Virus record (IMG/VR): IMGVR_UViG_3300032132_000009
Coordinates: 1-58,539 of that record
Length of the DNA: 58,539 nucleotides
From: a virus
Taxonomy: Duplodnaviria; Caudoviricetes
Direction: 5' to 3' (one strand)
Below are positions 36,310-46,530 of the stretch, one piece after another. Every line of letters starts with the position of its first letter. Within the stretch, counting starts at the first letter, position 1. Made by a program: the position numbers and the translations under genes. Under the pieces are notes generated by a model. The model was not told where the DNA came from and made no database searches. It saw only the letters and a program-made list of their open reading frames with translations.

Positions 36310-37446
36310 TTACTTAGATAGCAATATTTCTCGGATTGCTCGAATTGTTTCATTCACTTGACTAGAAATTTCGTATGTACCATGTTCGGTGTGCAAAGAC
36401 AAACGATCAGTGTAATCCAAGTAAGGTGGTTGTGGAGTTAAGGACGTTGATAGCACAGGTGCATAATTATTATCCACCAACCCCGCCAAAACCACATCAG
36501 GTACTCGTAAAGTACATGTCATTTCCGACGTACAAGGTGCCCCATTCAGCGTGTGCGATCTATGCAAATGCAAGCGCTTGCACACCACTTCCGGGGTCCA
36601 ACGGGCTTGTACCTCAATAGCTTGTGGGTCATCCAGTCTCAAACTCCTACTCGGCACTTCCCCTTCCAAATAAACGTGATGCCCACACAAGTTAGGATAC
36701 CGTGCAACTACTTGATCCGGATGTGTATTCACAAAAAATACGTCGCCTCGCACCCCCAAAATTCCTGCAATATGTGCGAAACCTGAATCATTCCCGTAGA
36801 ACTTAGAACACTTACGTACTAGCTCCATCTGATCCACTAAGCAATTGCTAGTATCCCACGCACATGCCATGCGTTTACCTGACATCCCAAAGTCGCCCAT
36901 CGTGCCTAACCACCAAACAAAGTTACCTTCCGCTATTACTGACGCTGCTATTTCTTCCCACGTAGCTTCGGGTAACTTACGATTCGGATTACTACTTCCC
37001 GCGTGAATGCACACGTACTTACCTACGCTTGGGTATACATTATCCGCTGACTCAAAAGATTGCACAGGCTTAGAAGGCAAATTTACTTGTAAGTAATCCG
37101 CCGTACACTTGTAATACTCTTTGGATGTTATTTGTCGTGCTGTAGCAAATAACATGGGGCAGTTTAACACGCCCCCGTAACTTCTACGGACTTGTGCTCT
37201 ATTTAACGACGTTGCCGGTTTTACAGTGTCAATGCCTTTAACTTTATGCATCAAAGACATTTGATTTTCTCGTACATACAAGTGTACGTGTTTCTTGCTG
37301 TGCGCGAGTACCTGCGCTACTATTAAAGCATCCCCAATCCCGCCTACAATTCGTACCGCCGTGGGCCTAGAATCTGCACTCCAACTTTCGACCAACGCTT
37401 CCGCTCGATCTATGTCATTGTGTATGGAAATTCCAGGTAAATCCAT
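36310..37446 (-). CDS. Glycosyltransferase family 9 (heptosyltransferase-like)
   Basis: GGIGDALI, VCIHAGSSNPNRKLP and YGNDSGFAHIAGILG. ATG at 37446 with GAGGT RBS. Confidence 0.85.
   Translation of the reverse strand: MDLPGISIHNDIDRAEALVESWSADSRPTAVRIVGGIGDALIVAQVLAHSKKHVHLYVRENQMSLMHKVKGIDTVKPATSLNRAQVRRSYGGVLNCPMLFATARQITSKEYYKCTADYLQVNLPSKPVQSFESADNVYPSVGKYVCIHAGSSNPNRKLPEATWEEIAASVIAEGNFVWWLGTMGDFGMSGKRMACAWDTSNCLVDQMELVRKCSKFYGNDSGFAHIAGILGVRGDVFFVNTHPDQVVARYPNLCGHHVYLEGEVPSRSLRLDDPQAIEVQARWTPEVVCKRLHLHRSHTLNGAPCTSEMTCTLRVPDVVLAGLVDNNYAPVLSTSLTPQPPYLDYTDRLSLHTEHGTYEISSQVNETIRAIREILLSK
36568..36583. repeat. Dispersed palindrome copy 15 (in GT9 gene)
   Basis: ATGCAAGCGCTTGCAC; encodes CKRLH. 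Confidence 0.9.
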
Positions 37447-37477
37447 TTTAACCTCAAAAAACAAAAAATTAAGTTAG

Positions 37478-37512
37478 AAAAAGGGGAGCCAACCTCATGT
37501 CAGCTCCCCTTT
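37478..37512 (-). terminator. Intrinsic terminator after the major capsid gene
   Basis: Minus strand forms the stem AAAGGGGAGC...GCTCCCCTTT ending in a T-run. Confidence 0.75.
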
Positions 37513-37551
37513 GGATGCACGCCTGCGATCACGGCCTCATGCTACGATTGA

Positions 37552-37567
37552 GTGCAAGCGCTTGCAC
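37552..37567. repeat. Dispersed palindrome copy 16 (between MCP stop and terminator)
   Basis: Perfect; extends to an 18-bp palindrome. Confidence 0.92.
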
Positions 37568-37599
37568 TGATCACCCCCTCTCAAGGGTAAAATTCGATC

Positions 37600-38595
37600 T
37601 TACGTATAATCCGTGCCAGACATAGCAACATTTTTAGCAAGGACGACAAGATCCGGATTTTCAACTTCGTAATCCACTTTGTAATGGATAGTAGCTTCCC
37701 ACATATCCTGACGCGGACGACGTTCAAATTCAATCGTGATTTCACGACGAATGAAGTAGATCAGGTTTTCAAACGGTGTCAGCCAAATTTGGCTACCGTC
37801 TGTACCTGCGGAACCCCAAGACAGGTCTTCCGGCATGAGCGGAACTTCAAGCATGTCGATGCCCCAAGGTCCGGGAACCATTCCCGTCGCCAGCGCGCTG
37901 TCACCACCGTCTGTGGCACGATTCGACCATTCCAACGCCCACTTATCCACAGGCCCACTGGGTGCAATCCAGCGATACAGAGGCTTGGCTGCTCGATAAC
38001 GAGACGGGATAGCCCGTTTCATTTCGTAATACAGCGCTTTCGACGGAGCTTTGCCTGCCGCATCAATCTGCTGTGCCGCCGGAACTTCAGCAAGGAGAAT
38101 CTTGTTGAAGCCGTCATTCACACCAAGCAGATTGTTTGATGCGGTTTGATCGTCACCGACAGTCAAACTATCGTCACCTTCGATAGCTGCCATTTCGCTA
38201 TCAATTGCCATACGCTTAGTGAACATACCGAGAACTTTGTCTCGGATTGCTTCACGTTCAAGATTCTGCTCAAGAAAATCAGTACGCAGATCAAACGCCG
38301 AACGATATTTAATCATATCGTATGTGACAACCGATTCAGTAGGTACAGAAGTGCTGGCTGTGGAAGTAGCACTTGCACCTTCGGTAACGATTGTACCAAG
38401 GTCGAGTTTATTAATTTCGCCCTTGTCGTTATCTTTGCGTTCACGCCGAATACGCTTCAGCAGAACCGATTCATCCACCAGAAGATCGATAAAACGGTCA
38501 GACTGTTCACGATTCAGTACACTGTTTGGCAGCGAAGTTGTGTCGATTGCTGCCTTGCTGACATCTTCGAAAGGAAGAGGAATTGAAAGTCCCAT
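37600..38595 (-). CDS. Major capsid protein (HK97 fold, P2-family-like)
   Basis: LNREQSDRFIDLL, FLEQNLE, AIEGD and NDGFNK; follows the protease/scaffold gene and precedes a terminator. Confidence 0.9.
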   Translation of the reverse strand: MGLSIPLPFEDVSKAAIDTTSLPNSVLNREQSDRFIDLLVDESVLLKRIRRERKDNDKGEINKLDLGTIVTEGASATSTASTSVPTESVVTYDMIKYRSAFDLRTDFLEQNLEREAIRDKVLGMFTKRMAIDSEMAAIEGDDSLTVGDDQTASNNLLGVNDGFNKILLAEVPAAQQIDAAGKAPSKALYYEMKRAIPSRYRAAKPLYRWIAPSGPVDKWALEWSNRATDGGDSALATGMVPGPWGIDMLEVPLMPEDLSWGSAGTDGSQIWLTPFENLIYFIRREITIEFERRPRQDMWEATIHYKVDYEVENPDLVVLAKNVAMSGTDYT

Positions 38596-38645
38596 TACGG
38601 ATTGCTCCTGAAATTCAGTTTGAAATTGAAGGAAAAACAGTTTGA

Positions 38646-40064
38646 TTAGCCATTGATGCCGAAGAACGAATTAAACACGCTATTCGGACTACCATCCGTA
38701 GGAGCAGGTGTAGCTTGTGAGCTTTCCTCCCTATGTGGATGAGACGGGGTAGCCTGTGCAACGCTTTTCGAAACTGTTTCAAGCTGCTTTTGCACATCTG
38801 CCAATTGCTTGGCAACTTCTTGAGATTTTTCAATTTCAAGTTCAGCCGGAGTAGGTGCAGGCGGAGTTTCTGGCTCCACGACACTTTTTTCTTTAAGCGT
38901 AGCAACTGTACCTGCCAGCTCTTTCAAAGTGTCGGTCATTGTGGAAAGAATAGGATTAATATTCTCCATCACTTTAGTTACTGCATCGTCAACCAGCTCT
39001 GTTGCACTTTTTTCAGTACCTTCAACATTCTCAGCTTCCACTGAAGTCTCCTCCGCATCGCTCGAACCTTCAGGGACTTCAGGAGTCTCTGGGGTCTCTG
39101 TAGTGGCTTTCGGATCTTCAACAGGTGGTGCAGTGGCCTCGGGGGCTACCGCAGTCGCAGCAGAGTCATTCATGTCCGCGTCCTTTTCGGTCTCTTGGGA
39201 AATAACGTTAGCAAACTGAGCAAGAAGGTCTCCATCAACTGTAGACATTGCGGGAGGCTCCTGCACAAGCAAGCTCACCCCATCGGCCATTTTGACAACC
39301 TGAAGGCCCTCCGACATAGAAGTACCTTCACAATATGCATAATAATTTTCATTGTCTTCAGCTACCACACACTCCCCCAATACACGCTGTGCAAGCGCTT
39401 GCACGCCCATTCGATCCTGACAATGTTGCTTTGCAAAGCACATTGAGTGGACCGCATCTTTTACAACATGAAAAGAAGAATGAGGGTTATTAGGAACTGT
39501 CACCAGCGACACTTCCCACATATCAATGTACTCGTAACCTTTGAACGTCTGCTGACGCTTAGGGTCATACGAATAATTGGGAACCGACTTTCCCCGCCAA
39601 GAGAATGAAGAAAGTTTACCTTCCTCCACCATCTTTACTACATCCTGGTCTGTTACGTGTATAAAAGCGTATACACCTTCAGTCCCTTGAATCAAACCTG
39701 GATAAGCGCTTTTGGGCACTCGATCAATTTCTTTACGAGCATCCACGTCCCAAATAGCGTTCACGCCTTTTTCGTCACTACGTTTAATTTTTACACGGTG
39801 AATACTTTTTACCGTGCCTACCCCAACTCGGTTTCCTTGTCGATCTGTCCAAAGAGAATGGTTAACGAGCACTTGAGGATTAGACATAAACTGATCAAGA
39901 TCAAACGCTTCAGGTTTGATCAAGTCACCGTCCCTATCTGGGGCTTGCACGCTAACAAACCCTTTGATCATTATACCTTCAGCGTTAGCAGGTGCGGCTA
40001 CGCGAAAACGCTCCGCTGAAGGTTGATATTTGACCGCCGCTGTAGGTGCAGATGGGGCAACCAT
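38646..40064 (-). CDS. Prohead protease fused to an acidic scaffold domain
   Basis: IKGFVS...DRDGDLI, LVNH, SSFSW and WEVSLVTVPNNP (HK97-type protease) plus an E/T/P-rich coiled-coil C-terminus. Confidence 0.9.
   Translation of the reverse strand: MVAPSAPTAAVKYQPSAERFRVAAPANAEGIMIKGFVSVQAPDRDGDLIKPEAFDLDQFMSNPQVLVNHSLWTDRQGNRVGVGTVKSIHRVKIKRSDEKGVNAIWDVDARKEIDRVPKSAYPGLIQGTEGVYAFIHVTDQDVVKMVEEGKLSSFSWRGKSVPNYSYDPKRQQTFKGYEYIDMWEVSLVTVPNNPHSSFHVVKDAVHSMCFAKQHCQDRMGVQALAQRVLGECVVAEDNENYYAYCEGTSMSEGLQVVKMADGVSLLVQEPPAMSTVDGDLLAQFANVISQETEKDADMNDSAATAVAPEATAPPVEDPKATTETPETPEVPEGSSDAEETSVEAENVEGTEKSATELVDDAVTKVMENINPILSTMTDTLKELAGTVATLKEKSVVEPETPPAPTPAELEIEKSQEVAKQLADVQKQLETVSKSVAQATPSHPHREESSQATPAPTDGSPNSVFNSFFGING
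39389..39404. repeat. Dispersed palindrome copy 17 (in protease/scaffold gene)
   Basis: Perfect; encodes VQALAQ. Confidence 0.92.
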
Positions 40065-40099
40065 GAATCGATATCCTCCTTATTAACAAATGTGGACGA

Positions 40100-40127
40100 A
40101 TTCTACCAAATGTACATATCTTGTCAA
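40100..40127 (-). promoter_or_regulatory. Sigma70-type promoter upstream of protease/MCP
   Basis: TTGACA-16 nt-TAGAAT with extended -10 TG; shares ATTTGGTA with the 3355-3383 promoter. Confidence 0.6.
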
Positions 40128-41881
40128 GTCATCTCGGAAGTATTTTGTGAAAATCTTTCAATCACATCTTGAGCACTGTTACCAGGCCCCAACTCATTTG
40201 GGTCTTCGGCTACTTGATCCCCTCCACGTTGATCATCTTGCTCAAACGACGTTAATGTTTGAATTTCATCTACAAACATAATGCCTCGGTTAGTTTTGAT
40301 ATATGGACGATCCCCTCCTTGAATTGGGGACAACCCCATATCTCGTCGAACATCATTGATACTCAGCACACCTCGATCCATTAATTGAGTATTGATACGC
40401 ATCGCGGCTTCTTTGTCCCGCGTGTCCAATTCATCGAATTTAAGCTCCACTGTAGTAATGCCCAAACCCAGACGAAACACTCGATTTAATAAGTCAGCCC
40501 ACAGTTTTTGACCAGGACTAACCACCCGATCTTTGTAGATTTCAGCCTGTGCAAGACCTTTACCCGAACCCATCCCCGATGCGTCTGCAAACGTGGCTAC
40601 CGACGTGGGCACACCATGTGAAATCCGAATATTTTCATTGTTATCTTGAGCTGTCCGACGAAACCACCCGTCTGCTGGATCACTATCCAACTTTTCAAAT
40701 TTAACTTCAATACTACCACGCCCCGAAGGAATTGGTAACACCAAAGTTTTATGCGCGCGGCCTCGAACATGCGTACTAAAGTAGTCCAAAATTGTCTTTT
40801 TTACTTCTGGACTCAGCTTTGCACCTTTAATTACGACGACGTATCGAGGTACAGTATTGTGATCAAAAAACTGCAATAGGTACTCACGAATTTTAGCATT
40901 CGCTAGTATATCAGAAGTAGCTGGAATATTGTCAGACATCCCATAATAAATAGTTGTAGGATGATGTCTAGGAATCCAAATAACTTCATTAGCCGACTCT
41001 CTGAAATCATCAGTAGGCTCTCCAGTTTTATAGTTTAGCATGTGCCACTTGGCATTATTAGACGTAAGTTCCCCATCTTCTTCGGGTTCATATGGCTCAG
41101 GCTTATTTGTTAGAGCGCTAACCCGCGTAGACGATACCACTTTAGTACCAAAAGGCTGATAATAGCATTTACTTCCATCTGGACCTGTTTCAACAAAACC
41201 TCGCCAGCCTCGAATGACTTTCAGACGATCTGCCGGAATGTGATCAAGTTTTACAACTTTCATATCCATAGATCGAATAACTTCAAGCGCCGCCCAACCT
41301 ACACCTTCATAATCTTGCGCGGCTTTAAACAGCGCTGATTCCGTCCCAATTACTTCATTCGCGTGTCCTAAGAAATGTGTTACTTCTTTATGATCCTGTG
41401 GATACGTGTCCGGAATGCTATTTTTAGCATCTTCTTCGTCATACTCTTTTGTCAACATTTCTTCCATTATAGGCATCAACCGATACCCTCGTCCAACGTA
41501 ATCAGTAGCCTTGACTCGCACGCACTGATGTACAACTTCATTAAGTTGCAAAAACTTTAGCATCAGCTCAGGCGAGTATGGAGGAGGTACTACTTTTTCT
41601 TCATGCGCACCCACTTCCACAAGTTGAGTAGACCCATCCACAAACTTACGCACATCTATGACCTTGTGCGCCTCTTCCTCAATTTCAGATGATTCAAAGC
41701 CTTGCATACTAACTGCGTTAACTATACTCTTTTTAACAGAATCACCGGACACAATGTCAGGAGTGCCATCAACGTCAGTAATATAGCACTCTTCGATAAC
41801 TACATCATCGTCTGACTCTGTACTTGATGTGGACACGGGTGGCTGCTCCACCAACTCTAACGGCAATTGAAGCTGTGGCAT
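40124..41881 (-). CDS. Portal protein (PBSX/HK97-like)
   Basis: VPPPY, GWAALEVIR, LDHIPA, NEVI...YYG, FFDHNTVP and LSINDVRRDMGLSPIQGGD. Confidence 0.92.
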   Translation of the reverse strand: MPQLQLPLELVEQPPVSTSSTESDDDVVIEECYITDVDGTPDIVSGDSVKKSIVNAVSMQGFESSEIEEEAHKVIDVRKFVDGSTQLVEVGAHEEKVVPPPYSPELMLKFLQLNEVVHQCVRVKATDYVGRGYRLMPIMEEMLTKEYDEEDAKNSIPDTYPQDHKEVTHFLGHANEVIGTESALFKAAQDYEGVGWAALEVIRSMDMKVVKLDHIPADRLKVIRGWRGFVETGPDGSKCYYQPFGTKVVSSTRVSALTNKPEPYEPEEDGELTSNNAKWHMLNYKTGEPTDDFRESANEVIWIPRHHPTTIYYGMSDNIPATSDILANAKIREYLLQFFDHNTVPRYVVVIKGAKLSPEVKKTILDYFSTHVRGRAHKTLVLPIPSGRGSIEVKFEKLDSDPADGWFRRTAQDNNENIRISHGVPTSVATFADASGMGSGKGLAQAEIYKDRVVSPGQKLWADLLNRVFRLGLGITTVELKFDELDTRDKEAAMRINTQLMDRGVLSINDVRRDMGLSPIQGGDRPYIKTNRGIMFVDEIQTLTSFEQDDQRGGDQVAEDPNELGPGNSAQDVIERFSQNTSEMT

Positions 41882-41899
41882 AATATCCTCACAAAGTTA

Positions 41900-41915
41900 G
41901 TGCAAGCGCTTGCAC
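41900..41915. repeat. Dispersed palindrome copy 18 (terL-portal gap)
   Basis: Perfect 16-mer. Confidence 0.92.
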
Positions 41916-41921
41916 ACGAAG

Positions 41922-43613
41922 TTAACCAATAACGGCATCAATCTCGTCACTATCCATAAGATCAGCCGCTAACATATCGTAAGTGTCGCAATGGCGTTGA
42001 TGGTCTTTGCCTTTAGTCCATATAAATCGACGAGACCCCCGCTTAGGGTCATCCACAGCTTCACGAATAGGCATACACATCTCTGACTCGTACTCACCGC
42101 CCAAAATAGCACCGTAGTTGGCGGGAAGCAAATTCTTTTTACGTTTCAACTGAACGAACGATCTATCAAGTGCGTCAGTTCGATCTATATTGATAACCAT
42201 TTCATTATCATTCAACTTCATTCCTGCACTTGTTCCTTCAGTGTGCCGATACTTACATCGCCAAACTGGAACCCCCGCCGTGTTTTGAAACTCTTCAGAT
42301 AGTGTAGCTTCTGGCTCGGCGTCAATCACAGCCATTTGCACATTATATCGCTCAACCAAGTCATACAACTCTTGAACGTGCCGCACCTTACCCATGAATA
42401 CCGCTAAACGATTTCCTCGATTTGTCCGATACGAAATACGAACATCAAACGCGCCACCTACGTCTATCCCCATGCTGCACGGTCCAACATGACCATCGCC
42501 TTTAACGTAACCACAATCTTCGTCCACTTGGAAATTATAATTAGGTACTACGCATCGTTCTAACAAACCAGTGGTAACTTTGTTACCGGATGCTGCGAAA
42601 GGCAAACCTAAGTCTGAATTATAGAATTGCTTTAGCAGTACAGGATCAATTGTAGCTTTTGTAAATCTAGCCCACATGCCAGAAATATCATTAATCAAAC
42701 TATCCAACATAGAAATATGGTAGCCTGTGTCGGGATGACTTGGATTTTGTGGAACCCACTTCCCTCGTTTACTGTCCCGGACAAGCCTACCACCACAAGG
42801 ACAAATCATATGAGTATCTCGACCGCAACCACGCGCCCACTCTGTGTCCCGTAATGTGTAATCAACAGTCTCACCACCTTTGTCTTTAGTGGCTTTTACT
42901 ACTACTTTAAACCAATCAGTCTGAATCAACTTGCCACATGCATAGCAAGGGACATGCCACTCGTTTTGGTTTGACTCCAAGTAAAAAGCATTGATTCCTC
43001 GCTTAGGCTCGCTAGGATTTCCCAAATAGCGCCTAAACTGGTACGGGGACGCCCGAATACGATCTAGTGCATAATTTACATTTTCCGAATTGCACTGATC
43101 CACTTCTTCTATGAAAATTGCGTCAGCGGGAAACTCTTTGAAGTCAGCAAGCACATTTGAGCCTACGTACTTGATAACCCCTTTACCAAATGACTTCAAA
43201 GATACGCTACCGAAAAATGCATCCCCCACGATGTCTTTGTACCGGGGCACGCTTTGAACACATTTGTCCACTCTATTTTGTACGTAAGTAACTTTCAAAT
43301 CATGCTTAGGAATTACGTAAAAAATTGAAAGCCCTGAGAAGGCCATTGCGAGATGATCCACAACCGCAAACTCACTTTTGAAACACTGCACTGACCCTTG
43401 CAACACCAACACTTGAGCAGTATTGTCATAAAGCTCTCGAATATGAGGGAACGCATTAAAATTCATCCTCTCGCCACGAGTGTTACAGTGATGATCCATT
43501 GCGAAAGTTACGCGAGTATGCCTTATTTCTCGCAGCTTCGCCATGCGAATAATTTCGTCATCACGTAAAGAATTAAGTTTATCCGTGATTTCTTCTTGTA
43601 AATCCATGCTCAT
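41922..43613 (-). CDS. terL: Terminase large subunit (lambda GpA-like)
   Basis: Walker B IFIEEVD, ESNQNEWHVPCYACG zinc motif, GYHIS, FYNSDLGLPF, nuclease MGIDVG and DH..H; upstream of the portal gene. Confidence 0.9.
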   Translation of the reverse strand: MSMDLQEEITDKLNSLRDDEIIRMAKLREIRHTRVTFAMDHHCNTRGERMNFNAFPHIRELYDNTAQVLVLQGSVQCFKSEFAVVDHLAMAFSGLSIFYVIPKHDLKVTYVQNRVDKCVQSVPRYKDIVGDAFFGSVSLKSFGKGVIKYVGSNVLADFKEFPADAIFIEEVDQCNSENVNYALDRIRASPYQFRRYLGNPSEPKRGINAFYLESNQNEWHVPCYACGKLIQTDWFKVVVKATKDKGGETVDYTLRDTEWARGCGRDTHMICPCGGRLVRDSKRGKWVPQNPSHPDTGYHISMLDSLINDISGMWARFTKATIDPVLLKQFYNSDLGLPFAASGNKVTTGLLERCVVPNYNFQVDEDCGYVKGDGHVGPCSMGIDVGGAFDVRISYRTNRGNRLAVFMGKVRHVQELYDLVERYNVQMAVIDAEPEATLSEEFQNTAGVPVWRCKYRHTEGTSAGMKLNDNEMVINIDRTDALDRSFVQLKRKKNLLPANYGAILGGEYESEMCMPIREAVDDPKRGSRRFIWTKGKDHQRHCDTYDMLAADLMDSDEIDAVIG

Positions 43614-44233
43614 TAGTCATCCTCATCATCCAAGCTGGGCATACGCCTCTCATGTACCAGAAAGTCTGTTAACTTTTTAATAGCTTCTTCCCGTGTCGCG
43701 GGCGCTGCCCCCGCTGTCAGCTCGTCTGTAGGCTTAGTATCATCTACGCTATGGTGAATTTCTTTAACTGCGTTTGGAAGTACACCCGTCTTTACAAGCA
43801 TATTAGTAGATTGCGTTTCAGCATTCATTGCTAGTGTCAACATCCTAAACTTTGCAATCCTATCAGGCTTGCCTCGTTTTACCGCTTTTCCAGTATGATC
43901 AACTTCCACACAATCCAAATCGATCTGATGCACTTCCTTCATAGCGACATCACGTACAGTACGAAGAAAAGCCAAAGAATCCAACAATAAATCGGATCGG
44001 GGTCTATCGTGGAATTCTCGTGCAAATTCTTCACGATACTCCTTCAACCACCTATAAATAGTAGCGTCAGCCACTGAAAAAGTAGCAGCAATATTTTTAA
44101 TCGGTACACCTTTGAGTTTCAACTCAAAAGCTCTCCGCAATTTATCTGGGTCTTCTCGTGTGCCCACTACAGCAGGGGCTTCGGATGTAGGATTTCGAAC
44201 ACTTTCAATCGTCGAGAGCAGTGACATACTCAC
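43613..44233 (-). CDS. terS: Terminase small subunit (HTH)
   Basis: HTH RAFELKLKGVPIKNIAATFSVADATIYRWL; translationally coupled to terL. Confidence 0.7.
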   Translation of the reverse strand: MSMSLLSTIESVRNPTSEAPAVVGTREDPDKLRRAFELKLKGVPIKNIAATFSVADATIYRWLKEYREEFAREFHDRPRSDLLLDSLAFLRTVRDVAMKEVHQIDLDCVEVDHTGKAVKRGKPDRIAKFRMLTLAMNAETQSTNMLVKTGVLPNAVKEIHHSVDDTKPTDELTAGAAPATREEAIKKLTDFLVHERRMPSLDDEDD

Positions 44234-44784
44234 CCCTTACACAAAGAAAGAAACTCGGCTCGTACTTCAGGTTTACTGAACACACCCGTAAGTTTAGACG
44301 TTACCATACTTCCATGTGATTTGACGCCCCTAAACTTCATACAGCTATGCTCGCCACTCATCTGTACGCCCACTCCACGACACCCTTCAATTGAAGTATG
44401 AAGACACTCTGCAATTTCATCAGTCAGACGCTCTTGCACTTGCAAGCGTCGTGCAAGCGCTTGCACCGCTCGCGGAATTTTACTTAGGCCCACTATTCGA
44501 CGATGTGGGATATATGCTACGTGTACTGTACCCCAAAACGGAAGCATGTGATGTTCACATAAACTTATGAACGGTACGTCCCTAACGACAATCATTTCGT
44601 CGCAATCAGAGTAAAATTGCTTACTCAAATAATTTTTCGGATTTTCGTCGTAGCCCGAAAGGAATTCACGATATGCTTTGACGACTCGTTGAGGTGTTTC
44701 TTGTAGCCCGTCCCGCTCTGCATTTTCTTCCAGAGTAGAAAGAAATTTTTTTAACGCCTCTCCCAGTTGTATATCTACCGGCAC
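44230..44784 (-). CDS. folE: GTP cyclohydrolase I
   Basis: GLQETPQRV, SLCEHHMLPF, VGLSKIPR, RRLQVQERLT and HSCMKFRGV. GTG at 44784 is the likely start (ORF track 44859). Confidence 0.95.
   Translation of the reverse strand: MPVDIQLGEALKKFLSTLEENAERDGLQETPQRVVKAYREFLSGYDENPKNYLSKQFYSDCDEMIVVRDVPFISLCEHHMLPFWGTVHVAYIPHRRIVGLSKIPRAVQALARRLQVQERLTDEIAECLHTSIEGCRGVGVQMSGEHSCMKFRGVKSHGSMVTSKLTGVFSKPEVRAEFLSLCKG
44451..44466. repeat. Dispersed palindrome copy 19 (in folE)
   Basis: Perfect; encodes VQALAR. Confidence 0.92.
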
Positions 44785-45377
44785 TTCCAAAACTTGTGAT
44801 TCTGAACACTTAGCATCCACGGGGTCTTGCTCGCCTGCTTGACTTGACTCACACACCATTTTAACGCCTCCCTATCCATTTCATTTCCATCGAATACTGG
44901 ACTTAATAGATAATACTTTGCTTTTGTATTAGGAACTGGAGGTTGCTTACCCGCAGGCAATACATACTTAACTTCATCGCATGTGTCTACTCGAATAGTA
45001 TGTTCTGCTGTTTTGGGACTCACCGTTACCCAGTCTAAAAAAGTTAATGCGGGATTGTCTACTGTCCCGTTGGTTTCAATTGCAAGGTAGTACCCCCGAT
45101 GCTTTAACTGATCCACCAGTGTCGCATCCAACTGTAAAGCAGGCTCACCTCCGGTAAAAATAATAGCTTTACAACTTTCTGCAATATCGTCAATACGGGC
45201 ACACAACTCATCAAGTGTGACATCTTCACTACCAGTGTAATCCGTATCGCAATCGAAACCATGTTCTTTCACGTTACACTTCAAATTACAATGAGAAAAG
45301 CGAACAAACACATTAGCTGTACCTGTTCGCGCCCCTTCACCTTGAATAGACAAAAAAATTTCATTGACTTTATACAT
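44775..45377 (-). CDS. queE: 7-carboxy-7-deazaguanine synthase (radical SAM)
   Basis: EIFLSIQGEG, CNLKC.......CDT, TGGEP, IETNGT, TVSPK and SVQNHK. Confidence 0.95.
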   Translation of the reverse strand: MYKVNEIFLSIQGEGARTGTANVFVRFSHCNLKCNVKEHGFDCDTDYTGSEDVTLDELCARIDDIAESCKAIIFTGGEPALQLDATLVDQLKHRGYYLAIETNGTVDNPALTFLDWVTVSPKTAEHTIRVDTCDEVKYVLPAGKQPPVPNTKAKYYLLSPVFDGNEMDREALKWCVSQVKQASKTPWMLSVQNHKFWKCR

Positions 45378-45834
45378 GGTCCCTCACAACAACAGCCGAA
45401 CAATTTTCAGTCTCATGGACAGTAACTGATTTTAGGGCAACGTTATACCCTTCTAACCTACTCTTAAAGTAGTCGTCGTGCATCAAAAAAGAAGCGAGGT
45501 TCTCAGCCGTAGGGTTTGAAGCAAGTAGGAATAATTTTTGTTGTTGTTTCCCTGTATCAAATCCAGTTAATACGTTGATCGCCTCGCTATCTTCTGTAAA
45601 CAAAATAAAACCGTGGTCCCAATGCCGCTGAATCCAAGGATCATAAATGTCCTTGATCACCGAAAAATCAACTATTCGACCTACCGAATCCAGTTCCTTT
45701 CGGCAGTCATGCAACGTCTCGGCCTCCAAGTACACCACATAGTTATGCCCATGCAAATGAGCACACTTGCTCTCATGATTCATTACTCTGTGGCCTGCAC
45801 AGAATTGCAATCGTCGCGTGCATGATATGGGCAT
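45370..45834 (-). CDS. queD: 6-carboxytetrahydropterin synthase
   Basis: FCAGHR, CAHLHGHNY, DFS, WDH, NPTAENLA and ETENC. Confidence 0.93.
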   Translation of the reverse strand: MPISCTRRLQFCAGHRVMNHESKCAHLHGHNYVVYLEAETLHDCRKELDSVGRIVDFSVIKDIYDPWIQRHWDHGFILFTEDSEAINVLTGFDTGKQQQKLFLLASNPTAENLASFLMHDDYFKSRLEGYNVALKSVTVHETENCSAVVVRDHV

Positions 45835-45861
45835 TATACTTCCTTTGCAATTAATGTCAAG

Positions 45862-46530
45862 TTATTTATCGTCCATATCCGCAAACGCAAATGCTTCAAT
45901 ACGCTCTTGGCACGCTCCGCACTTACCGCAAGCCTCGTCTAAGCCCACATAGCAAGTCCACGTTTTACTATACGGCACTCCCAGACCCTTACCGAACACA
46001 CAGATGTCAGATTTACTAAACGCAATAAAGGGGGCTTCCAGTAAGATGGGATGCCAGTCGCACAGACTGATCGACTGTGCAAGCGCTTGCACAAATCGAG
46101 GACGACAATCAGGATAGATGGAATGATCCCCGGAATGAGCGCCATACATCAACGTGGCCGCTTTTAACGAGATAGCCCATGCGGTAGCCACCGAAAGCAT
46201 AATCATGTTTCGGTTAGGCACTACAGTTGTCTTCATATTTTCATCTGCGTAATGCCCATGAGGTACGTCAACGTTAGGATTAGTCTGTGAGCTGTCACCA
46301 AAAATCTCAGAAATACTGCTGATATCAATTATCTTATGAGGAATACTTACCCCAAACACCTTTTCAGCGTTAGCAACAAAATTTTTAGCATACTCAAGTT
46401 CCTTGCTATGCCTCTGCCCATAATCCACTGAAACACAAGCTACAGACTTGCCAAGTTTAAGCCGCCACCACAATAGGGTAGCGGAATCCATGCCTCCCGA
46501 AAAAATAACAACTTCATCAACTTTGGACAT
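45862..46530 (-). CDS. queC: 7-cyano-7-deazaguanine synthase
   Basis: FSGGMDS, DYGQRH..E, VPNRN, YPDCR and TWTCY...CGKCGAC.ER. Confidence 0.96.
   Translation of the reverse strand: MSKVDEVVIFSGGMDSATLLWWRLKLGKSVACVSVDYGQRHSKELEYAKNFVANAEKVFGVSIPHKIIDISSISEIFGDSSQTNPNVDVPHGHYADENMKTTVVPNRNMIMLSVATAWAISLKAATLMYGAHSGDHSIYPDCRPRFVQALAQSISLCDWHPILLEAPFIAFSKSDICVFGKGLGVPYSKTWTCYVGLDEACGKCGACQERIEAFAFADMDDK
46077..46092. repeat. Dispersed palindrome copy 20 (in queC)
   Basis: Perfect; encodes VQALAQ. Confidence 0.92.
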
